Assembly (NCBI GenBank): GCA_963792965.1
Contig: CAWBYW010000016.1
Location: forward strand, 96,001 to 160,000
Length of the DNA stretch: 64,000 nt
Origin: an uncultured delta proteobacterium
GTDB lineage: Bacteria; Desulfobacterota; Zymogenia; Zymogenales; Zymogenaceae
Direction of reading: 5' to 3'
The notes beneath the pieces were generated by a model, which worked only from the letters and a program-made list of their open reading frames with translations, was not told the origin of the DNA and made no database searches. Positions 9,331-20,263 of the stretch are shown here, piece by piece. How positions within the stretch are numbered: the first letter of the stretch is position 1; each line of letters begins with the position of its first letter. Both the position numbers and the translations under genes were made by a program.

Positions 9331-11067
9331 ATGTACGACACGATCATAAGGGGCGGCACGGTGATAGATGGCACCGGCGCCGAACCGAAAGAAACCGACA
9401 TCGGCATCGTCGATGGGAAGATCGACACGATCGGGGACCTGAGCGGCGCCCCCGCAACGCAGATTATCCACGCCGCCGGCAGGCTCGTGACTCCCGGCTT
9501 CATAGACATCCACTCACACGCCGACCTGAGCATCCACTTCGACAACCATGAAGAGATCCTGGCCCCCCTCGTGCGTCAGGGGATCACCACGTTCGTGGGC
9601 GGAAACTGCGGCGTAGGGGCGGCGCCGGTTACCAAAGAAAACCGAAGCGATATCCTTGCCTATCTCGAGGCATTTACCATGAGGTCGATGGAGCCTCACA
9701 TCCGCTGGGAGACGGTGGGCGACTTTTTGGAAAAGATGGAGAGGCGCACGACTATCCTTAATATGGGGATGTTGGCCCCCCACGGTATCCTCAGGCTCTC
9801 CGCGGCGGGCTCGGCGCGCAGGCTCGCCAAAAAGGAGGAGCTTTCACGGATGACCCGGCTGCTGGAGCAATCGCTCGAGGAGGGGGCGTTCGGGTTGTCC
9901 ACGGGCCTCCAATACTTCCCCGGCTCCCAGTCCGATACCGATGAGCTCGTCGTCCTCGGCGGGGCACTGAAAAAATACGGGGCCGTCTTCACCTCGCACC
10001 TGAGAAGCTACTCGCACACCCTTCCGCAGGCTATCGACGAGGTCCTCACGGTCGGCAAGAAGAACGATATCCATGTCCAGATTTCACACATATACTGGCA
10101 GCCGTACTCCAAGGCCCTCACGCCGGTCGTGCGGGGACTGGTTCGCGCGGGATCCTTCCTCTATAACCGTCTGTCTCTCCCCATCCCCATTGAGATCGGC
10201 CTGAAACAGCAGTTCGCCCCCATCGACGAGGCGCTGGCCCGGGGAATGCGCCTCGGCGTCGATATCGTCCCCACCTCCCAGGGTTTCACGGAACTGTTGG
10301 CTTTCTTCCCTCCGTGGGTGCTGGAGGGCGGGAGAAGTCAGGCACTTGCACGCCTGGCCGACCCCGAGACCCGAAAGAAGATCCGGCACGACATCGAGCG
10401 CGGTGAGCCCGCCTGGCCTCACCGGGAAGCGGCCGGCTGGTCAATGAACTACCTCAAGATGACCGGCTGGGGAGGTCTGAGGGTGATGAGCGTGGCCTCG
10501 GAGAACAACCGCTTCATGGAGGGGCAATCGTTTGTCGAGCTTGGCGGCGAGACGAAACGGCACCCCTTCGAGGTGATGACGGACCTCCTGGTCGAGGAGC
10601 GCGGCAAAGTCCTCGTCTTCCATACCCCGACGACTCCGGACGACCCCTTCGTGGCACGTTCGATGTATTACGCGTGGTTTCACCCTCACGCCTCCATCAC
10701 GACCGATACGATCCTCCTCGGCATGGGAAGACCTTCCCACCTCTTCTTTGACGCGTACCCCCGCTACCTCTCGCGCTGCTGTCGGGATCAGAAAAGAATC
10801 GAGCTTTCCGAGGCGATTCGCAAGTGCACGTCGCTGCCCGCACGCCAGATCGGGATCACGAAAAGGGGAGAAATCAAAAAGGGGTATGCCGCCGACCTCC
10901 TCGTGATTGACTGGAACAAACTGGCGAGCTCCGCCAGCTTCTACGAGCCCGCGCGAACTCCCACGGGGATCGAGCACGTCCTGATCAATGGTAAGAGCGT
11001 CGTGACCCCCGAGGGTTTCCGGAAGGGACAGAGGGCCGGGAAAGTCTTGAGGCGGGGGAGGGGTTAA
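9331..11067 (+). CDS. N-acyl-D-amino-acid deacylase family amidohydrolase
   Basis: IRGGTVIDGTG, PGFIDIHSHAD, QGITTFVGGNCG, GLSTGL, HLRS, AIRKCTSLPA, GYAADL. Confidence 0.92.
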   Translation: MYDTIIRGGTVIDGTGAEPKETDIGIVDGKIDTIGDLSGAPATQIIHAAGRLVTPGFIDIHSHADLSIHFDNHEEILAPLVRQGITTFVGGNCGVGAAPVTKENRSDILAYLEAFTMRSMEPHIRWETVGDFLEKMERRTTILNMGMLAPHGILRLSAAGSARRLAKKEELSRMTRLLEQSLEEGAFGLSTGLQYFPGSQSDTDELVVLGGALKKYGAVFTSHLRSYSHTLPQAIDEVLTVGKKNDIHVQISHIYWQPYSKALTPVVRGLVRAGSFLYNRLSLPIPIEIGLKQQFAPIDEALARGMRLGVDIVPTSQGFTELLAFFPPWVLEGGRSQALARLADPETRKKIRHDIERGEPAWPHREAAGWSMNYLKMTGWGGLRVMSVASENNRFMEGQSFVELGGETKRHPFEVMTDLLVEERGKVLVFHTPTTPDDPFVARSMYYAWFHPHASITTDTILLGMGRPSHLFFDAYPRYLSRCCRDQKRIELSEAIRKCTSLPARQIGITKRGEIKKGYAADLLVIDWNKLASSASFYEPARTPTGIEHVLINGKSVVTPEGFRKGQRAGKVLRRGRG

Positions 11068-11178
11068 GGGCGCCGCAGGTGATCAGGAAGTCTATAGGCC
11101 GTCGGGGCGCGCGTATGCGCACCCCGATGAGTCTCCGCAAGTCTATCGTGTTTGAGTACGATGGGTGAGACGCCCGGG

Positions 11179-11622
11179 TCAGGAAGCGTTCTTCTTATGC
11201 CTCGAAGTGGAGAAACGGCCTTCAGACGGCTCGTCAAGCCACGCCTCGGCCTCCTTGGTGGTTATGAAGTGTCTTACCACATCATTGGAGCCGGTCTCTC
11301 TCGCCAGCCTGCTTGAAGCCTTATGCATTTCGGGGTTGTCGATGATATGCGCCGATTTCCTCAGCCCCTTCCTGAGCGCGTAGCGTTGAGCCTTCGCGAA
11401 TAGCCTGAAAACCTCTTCGGAGGGTATCAGTAGATCTCTCGCGTCGATGAGTGAGGTGAAGCCGGGTTTGAGTCTCGCGGTTGCCTTCACGATGTCGGCA
11501 TAGTAGTCCGGAACGGCCGAGACGCTCTCCCACTTTCCACGGTAGGTGAAATAGATCCTATTCTTCCCCCGATCGACCGAAATCTCATAAAGGCTGTTGC
11601 TTATTATCTCTTCCAAGATCAA
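11179..11622 (-). CDS. Hypothetical protein, STAS/SEC14 (SpoIIAA-like) fold
   Basis: KNRIYFTYRGKW...LKPGFTSLIDARD...KGLRKSAHI...F.T..EAEAWLD pattern; TTG start. Confidence 0.7.
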   Translation of the reverse strand: MILEEIISNSLYEISVDRGKNRIYFTYRGKWESVSAVPDYYADIVKATARLKPGFTSLIDARDLLIPSEEVFRLFAKAQRYALRKGLRKSAHIIDNPEMHKASSRLARETGSNDVVRHFITTKEAEAWLDEPSEGRFSTSRHKKNAS

Positions 11623-11731
11623 ACGCCCCTTTGATCTTCATAGAATTTGAAGTCTATAAATAAATAATAAGCGCAACATGGTGAGTCTTTTCGGTGATTG
11701 TTATCACGTCTACTTAATTCCATGGATCACC

Positions 11732-11842
11732 CTAAGAGGAGCTGTCGAGCCATGTCTCCGCATCAAACCTGTTGTTGAAGTTTCTCACGACGTCCTTGGA
11801 GCCCGTTTCCCTCACGAGTCCGCCCGATGCCATTTCGATCAC
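11732..11842 (-). pseudogene. 36-codon remnant (or small protein) paralogous to the C-terminus of the 11179-11622 gene
   Basis: PVIEMASGGLVRETGSKDVVRNFNNRFDAETWLDSSS* vs PEMHKASSRLARETGSNDVVRHFITTKEAEAWLDEPS: 20/37 identical, no gaps. Confidence 0.75.
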
Positions 11843-11863
11843 CGGCGCATATGCCAACAAAAA

Positions 11864-11879
11864 AGCAAAAAATGTACCA
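11864..11879 (-). promoter_or_regulatory. Putative sigma54 (-24/-12) promoter
   Basis: Minus strand TGGTACATTTTTTGCT = GG-N10-GC, close to the TGGCAC-N5-TTGC consensus; sits in a long intergenic region. Confidence 0.55.
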
Positions 11880-12407
11880 TGAAGGGCCCCGTGAGCGCCG
11901 GGAGGACAATAAAATGACGGTCAAAGAGGCAATCATTTCGGTCAAACAGGCAATATAAGCAGATTCCTAAGGCGGGGAGTACAAAAAACATCATCCCTTC
12001 TCCCCCGATGAAGAAATGGCGGAAATATCCACGATAATTCAATGAGTTACGGCATGACGAATATTTTGCACAGGAAGCAAGCGCATTGTCGGACTATGGA
12101 CGCAGTCCCGGGGGCGGTGGATGAGTGTCGGGCATCCCTCTGTCGTCGCTCAAGGACCGGGGGAGGCCGGCGGCGATCCGGTTAAAGGCGTCCGGGGCGG
12201 CGCGGCTTAAGAGGCGAAGTCGCCTTTGGTGACCCCGGAGATCTCAAACTCGGGGGAAACGCTCCGGACACGCGTCAGTTTTCGATTGCCGTCACGGGGC
12301 AGCAGGTTCGGCCGGCCGCTGTTCTTCATCGATCGTCTTCGTTTAAAACTAAAACAGACCCCAAGGGCCCGGAGACGTCATCAAAGAGATCCGAGGGGGA
12401 GCTCTTT

Positions 12408-15185
12408 TCAGGGACTCTCTTTCTTCCTTCCGTCCAGCATTTCCCTGATCTTCATCATCACCTGCCGGATCTGATACGGCTTTTGAATGAAACCGTCGGC
12501 CCCGGCCGTCATGAGCTCCCGCGCCTCGCCGTTCTCGCTGTAGCCCGACGACACCAGCACGATCACGTTCGGATAGAGCTCTCTGATCCTGTCGAATGTT
12601 TCTCTTCCTCCCATCCGCGGCATGACAAGGTCAAGGATCACCAGATCCACGTTTCCCGCCCGCTCCTTCAGGACAGCCAACGCCTCAGTCCCCCCATCGG
12701 CCGGGAGCACGTGATATCCGAGCTCGGCCAGAATCTCGCCCCACATCTCCCGGACGATCGGCTCGTCATCCACCAACAGGAGCGTCTCACCACCCCCGAG
12801 CCGCATCTCCTCCTTCTTGAGATCCTCCTTCTCGACTTGGACGAAGATCGCCGGGAAATAGAGTCTGAACGTGGCCCCCTTGCCCGGCTCGCTGTAGACG
12901 GTGAGCAGCCCCTGATGATTTTTCACGATCCCCCAGACCGTGGCCAGGCCCATACCGGTACCTCCCGCCTGCTTCTTCGTGGTGAAGAAGGGCTCGAATA
13001 TATGACTCTTATCCTGGGTGGGAATGCCGATGCCGGTATCGGTCACCGAAATGACCGCGTAGTAGCCGACCTTGGAGCCGAGGTGCGCCCGCACAAAATC
13101 TTGATCGAGCTCCTGGTTGTTCGTCTCTATGATCAGCTTTCCTCCCTCCGGCATGGCGTCGCGCGCGTTAATGCAGATGTTGAGGAGGCTCTGCTCGAGC
13201 TGGCCGACGTCGCCCTCGATGACCATAAGGTTGGGGTCGAGGTAGGTCTCGATCTCTATGGACTTGTTGAAGGTGCCACTGATCAGGGGGAGGGCCCTCT
13301 TCACAATGTCGTTGAGAGAAACCCTGACCCGCTTGAATTCCCCGCCGCGGGCGATGTTGAGGAGCTGGCGCGTCAGCTCGGAAGCCTTGACGCTCCCCTC
13401 GTGTATCGTCTTGAGGGCCTTGAAGTCGGGGCTCTTCTCACCTTTTTTGATGAGGAGGTACTCCGAATAGCCCATAATCCCCACCAGGATGTTATTGAAG
13501 TTATGAGCCATGCCGCCGGCCAGGGTCCCGATGGCCTCCATCTTCTGGGCATGCAGCAGCTGATCGTTAAGCTTCACCCGCTCCGCCTCGGCGATCTTCT
13601 GCTGGGTGATGTCCCGGATGAAGCAGAGCGATGAGGGCTTCCCTTCCCATTCGGTGAAAACGACGCTTATATCCACGTTCAGAATCGTCTTGTCTTTGGC
13701 AATCACCCGAAACTCATATCTGCCGGGAGGGCTCTCCCCTCCCAATCGTTTCAGGTAGTTGTTCAGCACGCGCTCCCTATCGTCGGGGTGAACGACTTCT
13801 ACGAAGGGGCGGTTCATCAACTCCTCCTGACCGTAGCCGAGCAGACTCAAGACCCGCCGATTGAAAAAGACCATATTCAGATCGCTGACGACGACGATGC
13901 CATCGTTGCTGCTCTCCACCAGGACGCGATAGCGCTCCTCGGAGCTTCTCAGTCGGTGGAGCGTTTCCTCAAGCTCCTTTTCGACTTTTTTCCGCTCCGA
14001 TATGTCGATGAAAACCCCCTGGATCGCCTTCTCACCGAGGTACTCGATATTGCTGCCGTAGATGAGTATCGGAACGATATCGCCGTCTTTCCTGACAACC
14101 TTCACCTCGTACCCGCTCGGAACATCCTCCCCAAGGGCCCTCCGCCGGGCGCGCTCCGCAACAAGCGGCCTGTCGTCCTCATGGATGAAATCCATAATGT
14201 TGGTCCCCAGTATCTCTTCGACCTCGAAGCCGAGCATCCGGGCGGCTTCCTTGCCCGCATATCTGATACTTCCGCCCACATGGATGAAGATTCCGACCGG
14301 AACGCTGTCGGCAATAGCCCTGTATTTTTCCTCCGACTGCCTCAGCTGCTCTTCGCGGATCTTGCGATCGGTGATGTTGTGGAGCACATTGACGACATGA
14401 GTTACCACCCCGTCATTGACTATCGGTATCCTCCTCTTTTCCACCGAAAGCGTGCCGGTACCAAGGTTCATCAGGCCTTCGGTGACGAGGGGCTTGCCCG
14501 TTTCGATGACGTCGCGGAATTCCGCCTCGACGTCGTAGCCCAGCTCAATGTTTATCTCGGTGATCTTCCTGCCGATGCTCCCACGGAAGTCTACGCCGAG
14601 CATTTTCGCGTACGTGTCGATCCGCTCGTTGATATAGACGATAACGAGATCCCGATCCACGACGTATACTGAATCGCCGAGGTGATCCAGCGTCTTGCGA
14701 TAGCGCGCCTCCGATTCCGAGAGAGCGGCCATGGCTTGCTGATAATCGGTCATATCAATGCACGACGCGACGATGCCCATGAAAACCCCGTCATAATCCA
14801 TAAGACGGGAGCCGGCCATCGAAACGGGGAACGTACTATTGTCCTTTCGCTTCCCGACGACATCTCCCCGCCACGTCCCTTCGCGATAGATGGTCTTGAT
14901 GATCCTTTCAATCTGTTCGGGGCTCACCGATAAGAAATCGTCGGGGCCCTTCCCGATTACGTCATCGATCGAGTCCTGCCCCCACAGCCGTAGCATGGCC
15001 GGGTTGACATACTGAATCCTCCAGTTGTTATCGGTGATAACCACGCCCCCGAGACAGCGATCCACCGCCTGAGCAATCCCCGTCGTCGACCCGGGAAGCT
15101 TGCCGGGGTCCTGCCCTTGAGTGAGAGAGGCGATCCTTTTTTTCAGCGCCTCGTTTTCTTTTCTGAGTCTTGTCAATTCGTCCAT
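12408..15185 (-). CDS. Cytoplasmic hybrid sensor histidine kinase (4 PAS-HisKA-HATPase-REC)
   Basis: PAS/PAC repeats, LAGGMAHNFNNIL H-box, INARDAM, DTGIG, FFTTK, GTGMGL, C-terminal receiver (LVDDE, LDLVMP, KPY). Confidence 0.95.
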   Translation of the reverse strand: MDELTRLRKENEALKKRIASLTQGQDPGKLPGSTTGIAQAVDRCLGGVVITDNNWRIQYVNPAMLRLWGQDSIDDVIGKGPDDFLSVSPEQIERIIKTIYREGTWRGDVVGKRKDNSTFPVSMAGSRLMDYDGVFMGIVASCIDMTDYQQAMAALSESEARYRKTLDHLGDSVYVVDRDLVIVYINERIDTYAKMLGVDFRGSIGRKITEINIELGYDVEAEFRDVIETGKPLVTEGLMNLGTGTLSVEKRRIPIVNDGVVTHVVNVLHNITDRKIREEQLRQSEEKYRAIADSVPVGIFIHVGGSIRYAGKEAARMLGFEVEEILGTNIMDFIHEDDRPLVAERARRRALGEDVPSGYEVKVVRKDGDIVPILIYGSNIEYLGEKAIQGVFIDISERKKVEKELEETLHRLRSSEERYRVLVESSNDGIVVVSDLNMVFFNRRVLSLLGYGQEELMNRPFVEVVHPDDRERVLNNYLKRLGGESPPGRYEFRVIAKDKTILNVDISVVFTEWEGKPSSLCFIRDITQQKIAEAERVKLNDQLLHAQKMEAIGTLAGGMAHNFNNILVGIMGYSEYLLIKKGEKSPDFKALKTIHEGSVKASELTRQLLNIARGGEFKRVRVSLNDIVKRALPLISGTFNKSIEIETYLDPNLMVIEGDVGQLEQSLLNICINARDAMPEGGKLIIETNNQELDQDFVRAHLGSKVGYYAVISVTDTGIGIPTQDKSHIFEPFFTTKKQAGGTGMGLATVWGIVKNHQGLLTVYSEPGKGATFRLYFPAIFVQVEKEDLKKEEMRLGGGETLLLVDDEPIVREMWGEILAELGYHVLPADGGTEALAVLKERAGNVDLVILDLVMPRMGGRETFDRIRELYPNVIVLVSSGYSENGEARELMTAGADGFIQKPYQIRQVMMKIREMLDGRKKESP

Positions 15186-15441
15186 GGCCCAGCCTAAAAA
15201 CGTCTTTACATCCCGCCGCGATGACGAAGGAGAAGGAAGATATGCCGGATAATAGCAGAAAATACAAGTAATCTCAAGGAAGTACTGTGCGGAAAACGAG
15301 ACGCGTCGACGGGATCAGGGGCCTGCTGAAAGATATGATTTTGAGGGCATGATGGGGGAGAGAGCCGCAGAAACTCGTTTTTGCCGGTACGCCGGCACAA
15401 ACGCTGGAAAGCCATCCGCAAGACTCGATCATGACCCGACG

Positions 15442-15987
15442 TTACGCGTCGTCCTCTGCTTTCTGCCTATCTAAAAAGAGCCCTGCATTGACGACCGCTC
15501 CGAGCAGCGCCGACATGCTGTTTATTAATACGTCGCGGGCGCTGAATATCTTCAGAGACAGCAACACCTGTATATATTCATCCGATCCCACCACGATGAC
15601 GCCCAGCGCCACCACGACGCCGTAGACGACGGCCAGGCTCACTCCCCACATCGATGCGGCCCACCCAATCAGACCTCCGAGGATGGAGAATTCGATAAGA
15701 TGGAGCTTTTCTTCGGGGCCGTACAACAACCTCATGACGAAGAAGAGGGCAATTGAGACCACGATCAAGAAGAGAAACCGCCAAGGCTGTTTCTCCTTCG
15801 AAACAAACGTAAGGTAAACCAGAAACAGGGCGATAATGGCGTAAGGAAACAGCGACAATATGAGGTCGAGACGATAGCCGAAGAGGGCTTCTCCTGCGGA
15901 CAAGACCATCACCGGATCACCGAGGGAAGTCAGAATCAGCGTGCAATAGAGCGCTGTGATGATGAGGGCGAATTGCTTTTGGGACAT
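15442..15987 (-). CDS. VanZ family membrane protein
   Basis: EEKLHLIEFSILG, SDEYIQ...FSARDVLINS; several TM segments. Confidence 0.8.
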   Translation of the reverse strand: MSQKQFALIITALYCTLILTSLGDPVMVLSAGEALFGYRLDLILSLFPYAIIALFLVYLTFVSKEKQPWRFLFLIVVSIALFFVMRLLYGPEEKLHLIEFSILGGLIGWAASMWGVSLAVVYGVVVALGVIVVGSDEYIQVLLSLKIFSARDVLINSMSALLGAVVNAGLFLDRQKAEDDA

Positions 15988-16011
15988 GTGCCTTCCTCAT
16001 GGATTTTGACC

Positions 16012-16040
16012 ATACTAACCGGGAACAGTTAAGGTGTCAA
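16012..16040 (-). promoter_or_regulatory. sigma70 promoter for the VanZ gene
   Basis: TTGACA-17 nt-TAGTAT on the minus strand. Confidence 0.6.
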
Positions 16041-16061
16041 TAGAGAATATGTGTCTTGGTC

Positions 16062-16090
16062 TTGACAAAGGTGACCACTTAACATATCAT
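16062..16090 (+). promoter_or_regulatory. sigma70 promoter for the Lon-like protease
   Basis: TTGACA-17 nt-TATCAT, 37 nt before ATG 16128. Confidence 0.75.
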
Positions 16091-16127
16091 TTAACTATAT
16101 TGTTCATTCTCATATGGAGCGGCCATT

Positions 16128-18597
16128 ATGATCGATATTAGCTCTCGAAGGGTACCTCAGGAAAAACTCCGGTGGAAATGCGACCCTGGCCTCTTTTCAT
16201 TCAAGACAACGGCTCAGATACCTCCGCTGGACGGGATTCTCGGCCAGGACCGGGCGCTGACCGCGCTCAAGACGGGTCTGGAGATCGAGAGCCCGGGCTA
16301 TAATATCTTCGTGGCGGGCCTGACCGGAACGGGGAGAACCACCACCATCAAGAAGACCCTCGAGAAGTTCCTGAAACCCGGCCCCGCTCCCGATGATATA
16401 CTCTATGTCCACAATTTCAAGAATCCCGACAGTCCCAAGGCCCTCCAGATGCCGGCCGGTGATGGCTCTCGATTCAAGAAGGCTATGGAGTCCCTCATCG
16501 CCGGCCTGGTGACCTCCATCCCCCAGGTGCTGGCCAGCCAGGAATTCAAGAACAGCATCAAAAATACGGTTGAAGAGTACCGAAACCGGCAAAAGGAGTT
16601 GGTCAATCGCATTAAGCTCCGATCCCAGGAGGAGGGGTTTTCCCTCGTCCAGGTGCAGATGGGCCCCTTTCAGCGCCCCGTGCTTATGCCCAACTTTCAG
16701 AACCAGCCCACCCCCCTCGAGAAGCTGGAGAGCATGGTCGAGTCCGGGGAATTTCCCAAAGAACGGTTCGAGGAGCTGAAGGAAAAATCGTTTCAGCTCA
16801 ACAACGAACTGGAGAATATCCAGCGGGCCACTATGGATATCGAAAAGGAGATGCGAAAGGGCATAGAGAACCTCGAGGTTGAGGCGATCCGCCCCTTCGT
16901 CGAGGAGCAGGTAAAGGCGATCGCGGCCTCTTTTCCCTCCGAAAAGGTCGGCCAATACCTCGAGGATTTGAAAAGCGATATCATCGAAAACGTCTCATTC
17001 TTCAAGGAGGAAGAGGCGCCTCAGACGCCTCAGATGCCCTTTCCGTTCATGCCGCCGGGTCAGGAGCGCAGCCCCCTGTGGCGGTATGAGGTAAACCTCC
17101 TGGTGGACAACTCCGAGACGAAAGGGAGGCCCGTGATCCTCGAGACCAACCCATCGTTCACCAACCTCTTCGGGATGATCGAGCGCTCCATAGACCGCAC
17201 GGGCACCCTGCTGACCGACTTCACGAAACTGAAGGCCGGCAGCATTCACAAGGCCAACGGCGGCTACCTGGTCCTCAACGCATTCGACGTCCTCACGGAG
17301 CCCGGGGGATGGAGGGGCCTCAAGCGCGTTATCAAAAACCGAAAGATCGATTTTCAGCATGTCGAGCCGCTGCTGCTTTTCGCCACGCTCGCCCTCAAGC
17401 CGGAGCCGATCGACGGCAACGTCAAGGTCATCATGGTGGGTGACCCCTACGTCTACTACCTCCTCCTGGGCCAGGACGACGACTTCCAGACGATCTTCAA
17501 GATCAAATCCGACTTCGATCCGGTAATGGAAAAGAGCGAGGTGAACATCAACGGTTACGCCGCGTTCGTCAAGAAGATCACCGAGGAGGAAAACCTCCCC
17601 GCCTTTGCCAACACGGCCGTCGCCGCCCTCGTCGAGCACGGGGTCAGGGAGGGAAGATCCCAAAACAAGATCTCAAGCCGCCTTGCGGACGTGGCCGATC
17701 TCATCCGGGAATCGTCTTATTGGTCCAGGGCCGACGGCAAGGACGTCGTCGAGGGAGTTCACGTCGAGCGGGCGTTCATGGAGAAGATCAAGCGCCTCGA
17801 TATGGTCCACGATAAAATGAAAGAGCGGATCAAGGAAGGCGTATTGATGATCGACACCGAGGGCAAAAAGGTGGGCCAGGTAAACGGCCTTGCCGTGTAC
17901 GGGCTGGGCAACATCAGCTTCGGCATGCCCAGCAGGATCACGGCCGTCACGTCGCTCGGGCGGGCGGGGATCATCAACATCGAGCGGGAGGCCAAGCTCT
18001 CCGGCAGCACACACGACAAGGGAGTCCTGATCCTCTCGGGCTACCTGAGGGGACGCTACGCGCAGGACGGGCCGATGACGCTGTCGGCCTCGCTCTGTTT
18101 CGAGCAGTCATACTACGGCGTGGACGGCGACAGCGCTTCCTCGACCGAGCTCTACGCCCTCATCTCGAGCATCACGGATCTGCCGCTGCGCCAGGACATC
18201 GCCGTCACCGGCTCGGTCAACCAGAAGGGGCAGGTGCAGCCCATCGGCGGGATCAACGAGAAGATCGAGGGTTTCTTTGACGTCTGCAAAGACCGCGGCC
18301 TCTCCGGCACCCAGGGGGTGATGATGCCCACGACAAACGTCGATGACCTGATGCTGCGGCCCGATATCGTGGACGCGGTGAAGGCGGGGAAATTCCACAT
18401 CTACCAGGTCTCCTCCATCGACGAGGGGATCGAGATCCTCACCGGCATCACCGCGGGCCAGAAGGGAAAGGACGGTAAATTCCCCGCGGGCACGGTCAAC
18501 GCGCTGATGATCGAGAAGCTGCGCGAGATCCATAAGAAGACTCAAGGATGTGGACAAGACCGACGAGAAGGAGAAGAAGGACAATAAGGAAGAGTAG
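16128..18597 (+). CDS. LonC-type (Lon-like, AAA_32) protease
   Basis: GQDRA, GYNIF, GTGRTT P-loop variant, HKANGGYL, catalytic GDSASS and GINEKIEGF. A probable 1-nt slip near 18540 gives the true end LKDVDKTDEKEKKDNKEE* at 18597. Confidence 0.93.
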
Positions 18598-18768
18598 GAT
18601 CTTTTATCTTTTCACCGAGAGGCAATTCGACTTTCCGCGCCGCTTACAGCTCACGTAACCGGCGCGTTGTCGTTGGCGCACGCAAGGTTAACGGTGATCC
18701 ATCTCCCGGTGGATTTCATACTGACTGCTCGTCACGATTCGGACGAGCGGCGGATACCGGGCTGGAAA

Positions 18769-19626
18769 TCAGTCTCCCCCTCCCTCCACCACCTTTCTCT
18801 TTTTTATCCCCTTCTCGGCGTACATCGCCCGATCGGCCCCGTGGATCAGCTCCTCGGCCGAGCCGTCTGTATTGAGGCACGCGATCCCCGCGCTGATGCC
18901 GATCTCCGAGAATAGCTCGGTCACCTGCTCGACGATTCTGTCGGCGACGCTCCTGGCCTTCTCTTCGTCGGAATGGGGCAGGATGACGGTAAACTCGTCG
19001 CCGCCGTACCGGAAGGCGGTGTCGGTGTCCTTCCTGATAGAGCCCGCCACGATCCGGGCGACGGCCACCAGCACGTCGTTGCCGGCAAGGTGTCCGTGCG
19101 CGTCGTTGTATTGTTTAAAATCATCAAGGTCCAGCATCATGAGCGAGAGGGGATATCCCGCGCGCCGCGCTCGTTTTACCTCCTCTGCGATCTTCTTGGT
19201 AAAATAGCGGTGGTTGAACAGCCCCGTCAAGTCGTCGGTGATCGAGAGTTGAAAGAGCATGTCCTCGATCCTTTTCTTGTGGGTGAGGTCCACGCAGGTG
19301 TTGACGACAAAGACCGGCTCGTCATTCTCGTTTTTCACAACATCGGAGGTAAGCCGGACGGGAAAGACCGTGCCGTCTTTCTTTACGTTGACGGTCTCCC
19401 GGGCGAAAAAGCGGATCCGGCATATCTCGTCGCGCGTCATGGGCTTCCATATATCGGGGGGCGCAAAGATACGCGACTGCTTGCCGATAAGCTCCTCGAC
19501 GCTCCAGCCGTGAATCGTCGCGTCAATGGGATTGGTATAGATGATCATCCCGTCGAGATCGGTTATGGTAATCCCAATTTCCATCGGTATCACCCGCCCG
19601 AGAGGCACAGGGGTTTTAGTATCCAC
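18769..19626 (-). CDS. PAS-GGDEF diguanylate cyclase
   Basis: PAS, then DDLTGLFNHRY, DLDDFKQYNDAHGHLAGN, intact RYGGDEF, ADRAMY. Confidence 0.95.
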   Translation of the reverse strand: MDTKTPVPLGRVIPMEIGITITDLDGMIIYTNPIDATIHGWSVEELIGKQSRIFAPPDIWKPMTRDEICRIRFFARETVNVKKDGTVFPVRLTSDVVKNENDEPVFVVNTCVDLTHKKRIEDMLFQLSITDDLTGLFNHRYFTKKIAEEVKRARRAGYPLSLMMLDLDDFKQYNDAHGHLAGNDVLVAVARIVAGSIRKDTDTAFRYGGDEFTVILPHSDEEKARSVADRIVEQVTELFSEIGISAGIACLNTDGSAEELIHGADRAMYAEKGIKKRKVVEGGGD

Positions 19627-19727
19627 GTAGCGTGACGGCCCCGGATTAACCGGCGGCTCATCCTAGGCCTTTCCCCGGCGATCGTCAAGGATGAGAGAGG
19701 AATGAGGGGAATGAGTACAATGGAATT

Positions 19728-19755
19728 AATATACGACGACTATTTTTCATGTCAA
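19728..19755 (-). promoter_or_regulatory. sigma70 promoter for the diguanylate cyclase
   Basis: TTGACA-16 nt-TATATT on the minus strand. Confidence 0.5.
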
Positions 19756-19917
19756 TAAAAAAATGATACCAAAGTGAAAAAATCGAAAGGGGGGGCGACT
19801 TCCATACCGTCTGGACACGGCCCGACGGCGGTGTTAGCGAGAGCGTCACCGGCTTCTCGGCTGCGCCAAGACGCCTGAGGGGCGGGAAAGACGCGCGACA
19901 ACGAAATCTGCCCCTTC

Positions 19918-19946
19918 TTGACAATAGGGGACATAGGCGTTATACT
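19918..19946 (+). promoter_or_regulatory. Near-consensus sigma70 promoter
   Basis: TTGACA-17 nt-TATACT upstream of the small membrane protein. Confidence 0.8.
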
Positions 19947-19984
19947 TAAAGTATGGTTGTTGTTAATACATGAAGGAGGGTACT

Positions 19985-20155
19985 ATGGCCAAAGTCAATG
20001 TCTCAAATAAGGTCTTCTGGTGGGTTGCGCTGATCCTGCTCATTGTCGGAGGCGTCTCTTTCATTCTCGAACAGCTGGGCGCATTCGCGCTGCCGTATGA
20101 GCTAACGGGGTGGCTGCTGTTGATTTCAGCGCTCCTTTTTGCTTTCGTGGTCTGA
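19985..20155 (+). CDS. Small two-TM membrane protein (56 aa)
   Basis: AAGGAGG RBS, own promoter and terminator; two hydrophobic segments. Confidence 0.75.
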   Translation: MAKVNVSNKVFWWVALILLIVGGVSFILEQLGAFALPYELTGWLLLISALLFAFVV

Positions 20156-20212
20156 CGCCAGCGTCGCTCGCCGGCGCGTCAGCCTCACAAAGCGATTTAT
20201 CAGAGTGTTTCC

Positions 20213-20246
20213 AAGGTGACCCTTCAACGGGTCACCTTTTTATTTT
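20213..20246 (+). terminator. Intrinsic terminator
   Basis: AAGGTGACCC-ttcaac-GGGTCACCTT followed by TTTATTTT, between convergent genes. Confidence 0.8.
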
Positions 20247-20263
20247 CCCGGTTACCCCCCCAC

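Noticed and set aside
16315-16345. Walker A Lys-to-Arg change (GTGRTT) in the Lon-like protease
   Set aside because: Degenerate ATPase motifs are an established feature of LonC-type proteases.
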